DNA of 64,000 bases, from positions 1-64,000 of the IMG/VR virus record IMGVR_UViG_3300042546_000893; one strand, given 5' to 3'. This document shows positions 26,917-36,706 of this stretch, piece after piece. The notes under the pieces are model-generated. The model worked only from the letters and a program-made list of their open reading frames with translations, did no database searches and had not been told where the DNA came from. Both the position numbers and the translations under genes were made by a program. This DNA comes from a virus (Duplodnaviria > Caudoviricetes). Numbering within the stretch: position 1 is the first letter of the stretch; the number at the start of each line of letters is the position of its first letter.

Positions 26917-29900
26917 TTAACTCCCTGCTCTCAACTTTCCTAATTCTTCCCTCTGATTATTTAACATCCCAACAACCTTAAATAAATCTTGATTCTTGCG
27001 GGTGATGCTACCCTCCAAAGCATTAAGTCTATTTTGGCGTTTAATGCCCGATGCCGACCCATCTAACGGCTGCTCTTTGAGTGCGGTTATTTCCCGTCGC
27101 AGTGTTGCCATTTCAGATTGAATACCCGTTAACTGTTTCTGGGTATTTACTATCTGACCTTTAAGGATTTGGATTTGCTCATTCTGTAATGGCGGTAATC
27201 TCAAGTCTCTAACATCTTGAATAACCTCCCCTAACTGCTGTTGTTTAATCTGTTTTTCTAGTTGTAACTTACTCAGTTGAGCCTCTAACTTTTTAGTTCC
27301 TTTCTTGGCAATACTAAGCTGTTGAATTTGTTGTTGAATTTCAGATATTTTAGGCTCTAATTCAGTCAAGGCTTGATTAAGAATATTCCGATCTCTAATC
27401 ATTGCCGAGGCTTTATCAGCTTGATAAGTTAGCGGTTCTATCTTGATTTCTCTCATGTTCAGAGATTGTTTTAACTTATTCTCAATCTCATCTAATTGTT
27501 TAAATAGTTCCCCCCTCTCGATAGCTTTTCCTTTCACATCAAAGAATACGGGTTTACCAGCATCCTGTCTGACCTTCTCCCATATTTGTAGGGTGTTGTC
27601 TGCGTTATCTCTAATTAGATTTGAGCTATCAAGATTGTATCTATCAAGTTGTTCCAATAGAATATTTTGCTCATTTAATAATTTCTTCTGAGCATCATTT
27701 AAGGATCTAATTCCATTCCCTGTTACCTCTCCCTGTTCCTTGAGTACAGTATATTTACGTTGCCAGTCTTGATATTTGCCTACGGTTTTCCGTAGTTGAC
27801 CTTGTACATCATCGGGCTTGATTGATTGTCTAGCCTGTAAGTCTGAAGCCTTTTTACCCTCTAAAGATTTCCAGAGTTTATCAACTCGCTCATAACTTGA
27901 CCCCTGCCAGTTGTCAGATGTTGATGATTTAATTTGGTTCTGCCAGTACACGGCTTGATCTTCTGCCCATTTTAAAAACTCGCCTTCCTCAATTAATCCA
28001 TTTTCAGTAAATACTTTAAACTGGGTATCTTTTTTGAGTGTTCTAATACTGGACTGGACAATACTGTACTGCCTTAAAGTTTCGTCAGCTAACTGTCTAA
28101 TGGCTTCATAACCCACTTTTTTACCAGTAAGCGGTAAAAAAGTCAAGTCTTCAGGTGAAAGCCCGTTAGCATCAAGCCACCGCCGAACCTTGAGAGCTTT
28201 TCCCGTGGCATCAACACCATCATCAATCTTTTGACCGATATCAATTAAAAACCCTATATTCCAATCCTGACCTATGGCTTCCAACTTTTTAACAGCATCC
28301 TCAATTTGATTGATGCGAGACTCAACCATTGGGGATAGATTCTTTTCCCATGATGGAGTCTGTTCATCCCCAAACCGTTGTTTTTCGTATTGCTGATAGG
28401 TTTTATTTTGTGACTTTAAAGACTCATCAAGGTTAACCCGACTAGCACCAGCTAACGCTTTTAACCGTTTAGTTTCCTCTGCAATCTCACGGGATATTTT
28501 GCGCAATTCGACCGCCGCGTTATACGTCCCTATGTCAGAGTCGGGGATTTGGGTTTTGGTTATGGGAAGTTTAGAGGTATCAGCTAGAATACCATCAATT
28601 TCTTTCTGCAATTGTTCAAGTTTTTTAGTCTGTATAGCGATATCAGAAATAGTGGACTTGGCATTATCTAATCCAGGTCTAAACCTACTCTCTAATTCCT
28701 TTTTGAACTTAGGGACTTGAGCTTTAATATCCATAGCATCCTGAGTCAACTTGTCTAACGGTTGTTGTCTTTCTATCTGACTAAACGGCTCGTAGGTTTG
28801 CTCGTAGTTTTTAGTTTTCTTAACTCTATTTTCCCAATCTAATATCTGAGATTCAAGTTCTTTAGCTTGTTTTTCTAGTTGCGCTCCGGTCTTTAGATAA
28901 CCCATTCTCCCTAAGATTGATTCAGTTTGATTGGTTGTAGCTGTGAGGGTTTGATCGGTTCTTTTCAATAGTCTAACAGAACTATCAATCTCGGCCTTAA
29001 CCCTTTTTAGTTCGGCGCGAAGTGATGTCAATTCATTTTGAATATCACGCCCAAAAAAGTTCTCAGGGTAAAGAGGATCTAATAGGTTTTGATAGTGGGA
29101 TTGGAGTTCAGTTAATTTAGATTGTAAACCCTCTAGGTTTGTTTTTTCAATCAGATTAGACACGGGTTCTATAATTAATTTAGCACGGTTATTTGCTTGT
29201 TCTAGCCCCGCTATTTTCTTGTTAGGAGGGATGAAACCTTTAGACATTTGGCTGTCTATCTCGTTAGATATTTGAGCCTTTAAGCTATTGGTAGCATCGG
29301 ACAGACTAGATCCTTCATTCCCTAGATTCTCAACAGCTTGGTTTCGTAGTTTGGCTGCGGGTGTGAGATTGGGGATATCTAATTGATTAAGTGCCAGATT
29401 AGCTTTTTCAAGTTGCAATCCGATGGCGTTGGCTTTTTTTTGGGCTTGTTCTATTTTTGTTTGAATCCGAGCCTGTCTAACTTCTCTAATTCTAATTTCT
29501 TCAGGTGAGACGAACTCCTTGGGATTCCGTTTGTTCATGCGACGAAGACGGACATTAAATCTGCTCTCATCGGATCTAATTTTAGCTAACTCAATTCCTA
29601 GATCCTTGATTTCTTGTAAGGCTTCGCGTCGTTGTTGTAGCCCGATTTCCCTCTGTTTGATAATTTTACCAACTGCAATCTCTGGAGTGTCTAAAGTCAC
29701 ATCATCGGGAATCATTGGGACGTAATCATCCAATCCCACAACCTGACGTTTTTCTTGTGCTTCGATTGATTTAATTTTATCTATAGCTCTCTGTATCCGG
29801 TCATCAGAAATACCACGCTTTTTGAGTCTACGTTTTAAATCACTCCATGACTTAGAAGGTTTATCTTTTAATTCGTCAAAAATTGCCTTGGATTCGGAAC

Positions 29901-31347
29901 GGGAAAATCCCAAATTCTTTAACCACAATTCCGAAGGACTGGTTAGTTTTTCTAATTCAATCCTGAGTTTATCTTTATCAGCTAAACCCTGCAATGTTTT
30001 AAAGGCTTTACTTTTGCGAGATATCCCCTTGACATCCAATAAATCATCAATAGAACTAACTTTATTCTCTTGTAAATAATTGATTAAATCATCTAATTGT
30101 TTTTTAGGTAAAAATTCTTTTAATCCCTCTCTAATTTCTTCAGGCGTGGCGCTGTTTAACTCAACTCCATTTAAAAATAATCGGGGTTGAATCTCAATCA
30201 CACCTTGACCCGGCAATGATTCAGTCTGATTCTTGCGACGTTGACGGATCTGTTCTGCCGTCTGCACCTCTCCCGTCGCTTTGGCTATCCGGTGAAGTTG
30301 AGAGGCAAGGGCAACATCTACAAGTCCCCGTTCAACAGCCTCCCTGACTGGAGATGGGATCGAAATTCCTGGTGAAGCGACACCCGACCCCGGAACCCGT
30401 GCCTTTTTCTGTGACAATAGAATCGCTGCTAAGATACCCGCAGCTAACCATTTGGGCGGTGCATTAAATAACTTTCTTTTTTTAGATGATTGGCCGTCCT
30501 TGTCTAGCTCATCTTGATTAGAGGGATCTGCCAAACGGGGAGATAGTACACAGCGACACATAACGTGCATCGGGGGTGTATTAGCTGAAACAGTCTCTAT
30601 ATCATTAAGATCAATAGTCATCCCGTGGCGGTCTTCGCACACCTGACAACGGCGATCATCCATGATTGACAGGAAAACAACATGAGACACTAAACCCGAA
30701 TCCTTGTAAGTCTGCAACCTTCCGGCGTTATAAGCAAAAGTCAGTTCAGTGCGGGCTATCTTTTCAGCGCGATTCTTGAAACCCTTATCACCTAACTCTG
30801 AATTGATCCGCTTGAGAAGTTCTGATCTGTTTATCGGTTCCCCTGTTTCGGATTGGGGTTGGATTGCTGCAAATAGATGATTCTTAATTTTCCCCCATTG
30901 AGTTGAGGAAATATCGGATGCTAGGGTTTTTGAACGATTAGCGATCGCAGTCTGAGCAGGGACATTCTCTATAGATGCCAATTCCGTATCTAGTAGATCC
31001 TCATCAAAATTAGCCGTTCCCTTTTTCTGTTGAGACTTAATTTCATTGTTTCCATGCTTCCGCCCGATGTTCCAACCCCCTAACCACATTCCATAAATTG
31101 ATTTAGTCAACTCAGGAATTAAGACGGCTTGATAGTTTTCAATTGCCTTTGAGTCCTTGGTTCTAATCGCTCCGTCTAAATCCTTTAATGCTTTAGAAAC
31201 CACGCGACTAAAGGCATCGGTTAAAGTATTAACCCCACCACTCTCTAATCTATTCAGATTAATTTTTATCGACTTTGGCTTAACGTAGTCAGGTGTTTTA
31301 GCTCGGAATATTGCGGAACTATTTGGAGAGAAAACGGAGTCAAACAT
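26917..31347 (-). CDS. MuF/SPP1 gp7-like minor head protein with very long C-terminal extension
   Basis: RAEKIARTE...DDRRCQVC...PPMHVMCRC; then HhH-like segment and coiled coils. Confidence 0.88.
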   Translation of the reverse strand: MFDSVFSPNSSAIFRAKTPDYVKPKSIKINLNRLESGGVNTLTDAFSRVVSKALKDLDGAIRTKDSKAIENYQAVLIPELTKSIYGMWLGGWNIGRKHGNNEIKSQQKKGTANFDEDLLDTELASIENVPAQTAIANRSKTLASDISSTQWGKIKNHLFAAIQPQSETGEPINRSELLKRINSELGDKGFKNRAEKIARTELTFAYNAGRLQTYKDSGLVSHVVFLSIMDDRRCQVCEDRHGMTIDLNDIETVSANTPPMHVMCRCVLSPRLADPSNQDELDKDGQSSKKRKLFNAPPKWLAAGILAAILLSQKKARVPGSGVASPGISIPSPVREAVERGLVDVALASQLHRIAKATGEVQTAEQIRQRRKNQTESLPGQGVIEIQPRLFLNGVELNSATPEEIREGLKEFLPKKQLDDLINYLQENKVSSIDDLLDVKGISRKSKAFKTLQGLADKDKLRIELEKLTSPSELWLKNLGFSRSESKAIFDELKDKPSKSWSDLKRRLKKRGISDDRIQRAIDKIKSIEAQEKRQVVGLDDYVPMIPDDVTLDTPEIAVGKIIKQREIGLQQRREALQEIKDLGIELAKIRSDESRFNVRLRRMNKRNPKEFVSPEEIRIREVRQARIQTKIEQAQKKANAIGLQLEKANLALNQLDIPNLTPAAKLRNQAVENLGNEGSSLSDATNSLKAQISNEIDSQMSKGFIPPNKKIAGLEQANNRAKLIIEPVSNLIEKTNLEGLQSKLTELQSHYQNLLDPLYPENFFGRDIQNELTSLRAELKRVKAEIDSSVRLLKRTDQTLTATTNQTESILGRMGYLKTGAQLEKQAKELESQILDWENRVKKTKNYEQTYEPFSQIERQQPLDKLTQDAMDIKAQVPKFKKELESRFRPGLDNAKSTISDIAIQTKKLEQLQKEIDGILADTSKLPITKTQIPDSDIGTYNAAVELRKISREIAEETKRLKALAGASRVNLDESLKSQNKTYQQYEKQRFGDEQTPSWEKNLSPMVESRINQIEDAVKKLEAIGQDWNIGFLIDIGQKIDDGVDATGKALKVRRWLDANGLSPEDLTFLPLTGKKVGYEAIRQLADETLRQYSIVQSSIRTLKKDTQFKVFTENGLIEEGEFLKWAEDQAVYWQNQIKSSTSDNWQGSSYERVDKLWKSLEGKKASDLQARQSIKPDDVQGQLRKTVGKYQDWQRKYTVLKEQGEVTGNGIRSLNDAQKKLLNEQNILLEQLDRYNLDSSNLIRDNADNTLQIWEKVRQDAGKPVFFDVKGKAIERGELFKQLDEIENKLKQSLNMREIKIEPLTYQADKASAMIRDRNILNQALTELEPKISEIQQQIQQLSIAKKGTKKLEAQLSKLQLEKQIKQQQLGEVIQDVRDLRLPPLQNEQIQILKGQIVNTQKQLTGIQSEMATLRREITALKEQPLDGSASGIKRQNRLNALEGSITRKNQDLFKVVGMLNNQREELGKLRAGS

Positions 31348-31376
31348 AATCTTTTCAATAATTAATTATTATAACA

Positions 31377-33062
31377 TTAAGTAAACAATTCTCTAACCTT
31401 CTTAACAGATACCTCCTCTGGATTAAATTGCTGCTGCTTAACTTTTTCCTTGAGTACATCCTGTTCTGATACCCCATCGGAAAACGTAGGATTGGGACAA
31501 GATGATCCAATGATCACCGAGTCCCCTGCATCCGGTGAACGTTTCAGTCTAGCCCGGACGTGCTTCTTACTCTCACAAGCTATCTGTCTATCTTCCCCAC
31601 CTTTTCCCGATAATGAGTAACGGTGTGATGATAGATCCTCGAATACCTGATCCTCAATATCTCCGAGGGGTGCGATCGCTATTTTCCCTAACCTTAACCC
31701 GTCCCTAAGTTTCCAGAATAGCTCGGTCTTACGGTTTGAAAACTCATGGTTATTTTCAGCAGATTCTCCAAAAGCACAACCACGGACAAAATACCCCTGT
31801 TGTTTTAATCGTGCTAACGTCCCTGCACCCACGCCCGTTTTATCAACCGCAGCATAATAAGCACCCCCTAGTTTCCTAATCTTTTCAGCAACAATATCAG
31901 CAATTCTAATTGTGTCTAACTCATCCCCTTGAGTGGGATATAAGACTACTTCATAAAGGACATCACCGCGCCATAATGCAACGGCGTGACTATCCCCTCC
32001 ATCCCCAACATCAACCCCAAGTCTCCAAGGCGAAATAATAGCCCGTCTATCCCAATACTCAGGATTAAAGTCGTAGCGTTCCCTTGCAGCTTTTAACCAA
32101 GTGGAAGGGATGATTCCCTCGATGATATCTTCTGGAAAAATACCCTCTACCCGACCTTGCCAGAACACAGAAAACTCACCCTTGTCTTGCCTGACTTCTT
32201 CAATCCATTTCAGGGATATAGCGCCGGGGATGACATCATGGGGAAACTCGGGGGGCCATTTATCCTGAGTTTTAACTAATCCATTTGAGTCTAAAAGTTG
32301 AATTGCCACCGATGGTTTTAATCTATGGATTAACCTTAACTTACCAGCCGGATCTACCACTTCCTCAAGTTGATATGCCCAAGCCACATTGGGGTGATTC
32401 CATGCAGGGATTGTAATATTAGTGCGATCGCAAGCCTTAGAGAATGGGGATTGTTTATTCAGAGGGTTGCCAATTCTTAACCCTCTGTTTGACGATCCGG
32501 TTAGGCATGACTGAAAACCATCGTCAATAATTTCTGAGATGCCATCCGCTTCATCTGCTATGAGTAGCAACCTATCCGCGTGTTTACCTTGGAATGAGTT
32601 GGTGTCATAGTTGCGAGCGGTGAAACCATAGGCCCGTGCCGTCTCGGATTTCCTGACAAATAACTCCCCACGGGTTCCGCCTAACTTTTCTTTGTTGCGG
32701 TCATATATTTTCCGTATCTCAGACCAAAGGATTTGCTTAACCTGATCCTCTGTTGGGGCTGTAGTGATTGCCAGACCGTCAACGGCAAAAACCCACCACA
32801 AAACACATACAGCCGAACCGATAGACTTTCCTACCCCGTGCGCGGCTTTAACGTTTGTTTCTGGGTTATCTCGGACACTCTCAAGGAATCGCTGTTGATC
32901 CTCTGTTGGTTCGACTCCAATAAACCGAGAGAAACCTACGGGGTCATTTTTAAATCGAGTTAAGGAATTACGACCGGATTTAGTTTGTTTCTGCTGCCGT
33001 CGTTTCCTTGCTTCCCTTAATTCTTTCTTGAGTCGCTCCCCTTTTTGGATAGCTCGAAGCAT
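31377..33062 (-). CDS. terL: Terminase large subunit
   Basis: Walker A AAHGVGKS, Walker B LLIADEA, nuclease LGVDVG and SPDAGD. Confidence 0.92.
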   Translation of the reverse strand: MLRAIQKGERLKKELREARKRRQQKQTKSGRNSLTRFKNDPVGFSRFIGVEPTEDQQRFLESVRDNPETNVKAAHGVGKSIGSAVCVLWWVFAVDGLAITTAPTEDQVKQILWSEIRKIYDRNKEKLGGTRGELFVRKSETARAYGFTARNYDTNSFQGKHADRLLLIADEADGISEIIDDGFQSCLTGSSNRGLRIGNPLNKQSPFSKACDRTNITIPAWNHPNVAWAYQLEEVVDPAGKLRLIHRLKPSVAIQLLDSNGLVKTQDKWPPEFPHDVIPGAISLKWIEEVRQDKGEFSVFWQGRVEGIFPEDIIEGIIPSTWLKAARERYDFNPEYWDRRAIISPWRLGVDVGDGGDSHAVALWRGDVLYEVVLYPTQGDELDTIRIADIVAEKIRKLGGAYYAAVDKTGVGAGTLARLKQQGYFVRGCAFGESAENNHEFSNRKTELFWKLRDGLRLGKIAIAPLGDIEDQVFEDLSSHRYSLSGKGGEDRQIACESKKHVRARLKRSPDAGDSVIIGSSCPNPTFSDGVSEQDVLKEKVKQQQFNPEEVSVKKVRELFT

Positions 33063-33067
33063 GATAT

Positions 33068-33571
33068 CTAATCCTCACTATCATCTTCAGAGTTATCGAA
33101 GTTTTCAATAACAATACTGAGTTGATAACTATGTTCGTCTATCAACATAATTGTTTTTAATCCGTCCATTGCATTTTTAGATTGGACATGAACCCCTGAC
33201 TTTGTAGCTTTAGCGCAAGCCTTAACCGCATCCTGATCCTTGGCAAGATCACGATAGGCTTGATTCGTTACCTTGAAACATTGGGCTGTATTGTCTTTTA
33301 GTGCATTTCTAAAAATATCTATTTCGCGTTGTCGCTCTAAAAGTTTTTCTCTAAGTTCGGTCTTTTCTTGTTCAGACATTGGTTTTAATACCTCTGCATA
33401 TTTGTGGAATATCTTATATTTGGTTTCTTCCCATATCGGGTGTTTTTTCCAGTGCCTTATAGAACTTTCGCTTACCCCAATCTGTTTGGCTATCTCACAG
33501 TTGGTTAGCCAAGGTTTATCAAGTAGGAGTTGAACCGCTTGCTCAATTAAATCAAGTCTGAATTTTTTTAT
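33068..33571 (-). CDS. Putative terminase small subunit with N-terminal HTH (start uncertain)
   Basis: Frame open upstream of ATG 33379, encoding NCEIAKQIGVSESSIRHWKK; adjacent to terL. Confidence 0.65.
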   Translation of the reverse strand: MKKFRLDLIEQAVQLLLDKPWLTNCEIAKQIGVSESSIRHWKKHPIWEETKYKIFHKYAEVLKPMSEQEKTELREKLLERQREIDIFRNALKDNTAQCFKVTNQAYRDLAKDQDAVKACAKATKSGVHVQSKNAMDGLKTIMLIDEHSYQLSIVIENFDNSEDDSED

Positions 33572-33637
33572 TGCGGTTAATAACGAATAACTACTATTTT
33601 AAGTTAACATAGCTATAAACCTTTCTACAACTTAAAT

Positions 33638-34882
33638 ATGACTAAACCTAAAATTATTGAAACAAATATTTCAAATCTGACACCCGATCCGAATAATGCC
33701 CGCAAAAGAACGCCGTTATCAGCTAAGGTGATTTCCAAATCCTTAGAACAGTTTGGGGCTTGCCGTTCCATTGTTATTGATGAAAATGACGTTATCCGTG
33801 CGGGGAATGGAACCTTTGAGGAGGCGGGTCAATTAGGGATTGAGAAGGTTTTGGTTGTAGAAGCCGATGGTAATACGATTGTTGCTGTTAAGCGGCCTGG
33901 GTTATCAGAGTCGGATTGGAAACAATATGCGATCGCTGATAATACCGCCTCGGATTTCTCAACATGGGATTTTGATCTATTGAATGATTTAGCTCAAGAG
34001 GTAGATTTTAGTGAGTTCTTCCCTGATTATAAATTAAATGAATTATTGGAATCGTTTGGCAAGGGTGAAGGGTTTGACTCGAATGAACAGCAAGAAGAAA
34101 ATGAGAAAGAAATTGCCGAACTTCTGGATAAGGTAGATGAAATTGAATCTAGGGTTAAGTTGGGTGAAATATGGCAGTTAGGACGACATAAAATATGCGC
34201 GGGTGATTCTACTATTGAGGGGAATGTTAGGGCTTTGTTGGGGGATAGGTTTGGGGATGTGGGGATAGTTTGGAGTGATGTTCCCTATGGAATGAATCTG
34301 GTTAAAAAAGAAATGGTTGGCGCAATATTTGAGGGTAGTTTAGCGAAAAAGGGAAGTTATAAACCCGTTATTGGGGATGACACCGGAGACACCGCACTCA
34401 GAGGTTTTTCCCTTTGTAGCAAACTAACTGGAAAGCATTTTTGGTGGGGTGCGAATTGGTATTCTGATATTCTTCCATCGTCTAGTTGTTGGGTTATTTG
34501 GGATAAGCGGTGCGATACGGGAATAGAAAATACTTTTGCTGACTGTGAGATGTGTTGGACTAATATGTCTGGGGTGACTAGAATTTATCGTCAACTATGG
34601 AATGGCATGATAAGAGAAGGTGAACACGAAAAACGAGTACACCCAACACAAAAACCCGTCGCGCTATGTGAATGGGTATTTGAAAAATATGGTCAACCCG
34701 ATGATTTAATATTTGATCCATTTCTCGGTTCAGGTATATCAATAATCGCAGCGCAAAAAATGGAAGGCGATCGCACAGTTTACGGATTCGAGTTATCGCC
34801 ACAATATTGCACCATTATTTTAGAAAGATTCACCAAACTAACAGGAATTGAGCCTAAGTTAATCGGAAGATTGCCAGATTAA
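33638..34882 (+). CDS. ParB/Srx-like domain fused to N4/N6 DNA methyltransferase
   Basis: LTPDPNNAR...IVIDENDVIRAGNG...IADN; DVPY, HPTQKP, DPFLGSG. Confidence 0.88.
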   Translation: MTKPKIIETNISNLTPDPNNARKRTPLSAKVISKSLEQFGACRSIVIDENDVIRAGNGTFEEAGQLGIEKVLVVEADGNTIVAVKRPGLSESDWKQYAIADNTASDFSTWDFDLLNDLAQEVDFSEFFPDYKLNELLESFGKGEGFDSNEQQEENEKEIAELLDKVDEIESRVKLGEIWQLGRHKICAGDSTIEGNVRALLGDRFGDVGIVWSDVPYGMNLVKKEMVGAIFEGSLAKKGSYKPVIGDDTGDTALRGFSLCSKLTGKHFWWGANWYSDILPSSSCWVIWDKRCDTGIENTFADCEMCWTNMSGVTRIYRQLWNGMIREGEHEKRVHPTQKPVALCEWVFEKYGQPDDLIFDPFLGSGISIIAAQKMEGDRTVYGFELSPQYCTIILERFTKLTGIEPKLIGRLPD

Positions 34883-34895
34883 TTAATATTAACTG

Positions 34896-34947
34896 TGATA
34901 TAATATTAATAGTAAATGCCCTTCGCGATGTTTCAGCATCCAAGGGC
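34896..34947 (+). promoter_or_regulatory. Extended -10 promoter plus conserved leader hairpin
   Basis: TGATATAAT at 34896-34904; GCCCTT-CGC-GATG-loop-CATC-C-AAGGGC at 34918-34947. Confidence 0.6.
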
Positions 34948-34972
34948 TGTAAACCTACATAACAGGATCACA

Positions 34973-35749
34973 ATGATTGATTTTAGCAAAGAACTAGCTT
35001 TAAGTTTACTCGGTTCCGGTAAAGAATACCCCGTTGATTTTGAAGACGCTTGGCAATGGTTAGGATATTCAAGTAAACAGGCTGCCAAAAAGAAGCTAAC
35101 CCGCAACTTTGAACAAGGGGAAGACTATTTATCCGAATGGATGAAAACCCCTGATGGCGGTCGTCCTAGCGAATCCATCTATCTCACCGTCGATTGCTTT
35201 AAGGCGTTAGGCATGATGTCAGGGACGGAACAAGGGAAGGCAACTCGACAATATTTCCTCCGGTGCGAAAAGGAATTAAAATATTCTAAGTCCACTGGTG
35301 GGATGAACCTGTTGGACAAACCCTCACCTCAGTTGATTAGTGATGCGATTATGGCAGTCTTCCGACCTACCAATGTTGACCCAACACTTGTCTCAGGGAT
35401 TATTGCCAACAATATCGCTAAAACTTATCCGGCGTTGGCTCCTGCGATGGAAGAAGCCAAAAAACATCTAACAGTCGAAGTTGAGGAAAAACTTCTCACG
35501 CCCACCGAACTCGGATTAATTTTAGAACAGCGCACTGGACAAAAACACTCGGCGCAACGGGTCAACAAACTATTAGCTGAGAATGGATTGCAAACCCCAA
35601 ACCCTCACGGGAAAGATCCGGCTTGGTTGCCAACGTCAAAAGGATCTGAATTTTCTAAGTTGTTACTCGCTGCACAGAAGGGGATTAAGGACGCAACCCG
35701 TCAACACTTGCAATGGTTTGAATCCGTTGTTGATGTTTTGGCGGTGTAG
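34973..35749 (+). CDS. Phage antirepressor (AntA/AntB-like N-terminus)
   Basis: VDFEDAWQWLGY...GGRPS..IYLTVDCFK...RQYF..CE; C-terminal LTPTELG...VNKLL. Confidence 0.8.
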   Translation: MIDFSKELALSLLGSGKEYPVDFEDAWQWLGYSSKQAAKKKLTRNFEQGEDYLSEWMKTPDGGRPSESIYLTVDCFKALGMMSGTEQGKATRQYFLRCEKELKYSKSTGGMNLLDKPSPQLISDAIMAVFRPTNVDPTLVSGIIANNIAKTYPALAPAMEEAKKHLTVEVEEKLLTPTELGLILEQRTGQKHSAQRVNKLLAENGLQTPNPHGKDPAWLPTSKGSEFSKLLLAAQKGIKDATRQHLQWFESVVDVLAV

Positions 35750-35765
35750 GGTAGGGTGAAATAGC

Positions 35766-35797
35766 AAAAAGCCTAGGATTTAACCCCTAGGCTTTTT
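35766..35797. terminator. Bidirectional intrinsic terminator
   Basis: AAAAAGCCTAGG-ATTTAACC-CCTAGGCTTTTT. Confidence 0.8.
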
Positions 35798-35895
35798 AGT
35801 GTGGATGTGTGTTTATTTGACCTCGTAGACGCCTGTACTAGGTGAACTCACGTCCCCGAATGCAGAAACATTGCGGGGACGCTTATTATAACAAT

Positions 35896-36366
35896 TTAAT
35901 CAGTCCCAAACTTTTCCCTGAGTGCCAACATAGCTTTTTTCTTCTTATGTCTGAGATATGATTCGGCATCGGTCAGGTTCCGACCTGGATAGATTCTCGG
36001 CCTCCCTACGGGCTTGGGGTCTGAGGTCGTGATTTTCTCATGGATTCTCGGTCGCCCCTCTGGTTTGGGATTTGAAATTTGGGACGCTCCGCAGGGTGTA
36101 CAGCGCCACTTTTGTCTCCCGTCCGAATGAACCCCGTTTTTTTTCATCTTGTGTCCGCACTTTGGACATGGCGGGTTTTTCTTGGCTTCATTGGATTTTC
36201 GATTCCGTAACCAACAGGGATTGCAGAAATACTTTTGTTTTCCGGTTGGCGTTATCCCAGACTTCCACATCTTCCCACCGCAAGTTAAGCAGCGCGGGTT
36301 GTATTTTTCCGTGTTATCTTTGTCCATTCTTTGTCCATTAGTAGCCTGTTCTGTAGGTTTACTCAA
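35896..36366 (-). CDS. Double zinc-ribbon (InsA-like) protein with AT-hook-like GRPR motifs
   Basis: Two CxxC...G.QK..CxxC repeats; PEGRPRI and PVGRPRI. Confidence 0.7.
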   Translation of the reverse strand: MSKPTEQATNGQRMDKDNTEKYNPRCLTCGGKMWKSGITPTGKQKYFCNPCWLRNRKSNEAKKNPPCPKCGHKMKKNGVHSDGRQKWRCTPCGASQISNPKPEGRPRIHEKITTSDPKPVGRPRIYPGRNLTDAESYLRHKKKKAMLALREKFGTD

Positions 36367-36404
36367 GTCCCCAGATGTGGCAAAACATCGTGGGGATAAT
36401 TTTT

Positions 36405-36641
36405 CTAGGTACTCAATACAATTGTGGCCGGATAAATTGCCATGTAATCGTTTTCACCTAAGCTAATTTTCTGCTGCTCAACTAAAGTAAAAATTGCAAA
36501 CCAAAATACTTTTTCACTCAATCCCAAATCCTTCTGAGCTTTAGAGGGATAGATAAATACTGCCCTCTTTCCTAGGAATTGAGGGATTAACCATTTTTCC
36601 ACAATGGTGATCGCATTCTCTAGTTCTTGAGTATTAATCAT
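36405..36641 (-). CDS. Hypothetical protein
   Basis: 78-aa ORF. Confidence 0.45.
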   Translation of the reverse strand: MINTQELENAITIVEKWLIPQFLGKRAVFIYPSKAQKDLGLSEKVFWFAIFTLVEQQKISLGENDYMAIYPATIVLST

Positions 36642-36706
36642 AATTTAATCAGCACAAAACTATTGTTTTATTATATAATATAAACAGTTCTAAATGCTAA
36701 CAAAAT

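Noticed and set aside
35896-36366. IS1 insertion sequence
   Set aside because: No InsB/DDE catalytic region or terminal inverted repeats seen
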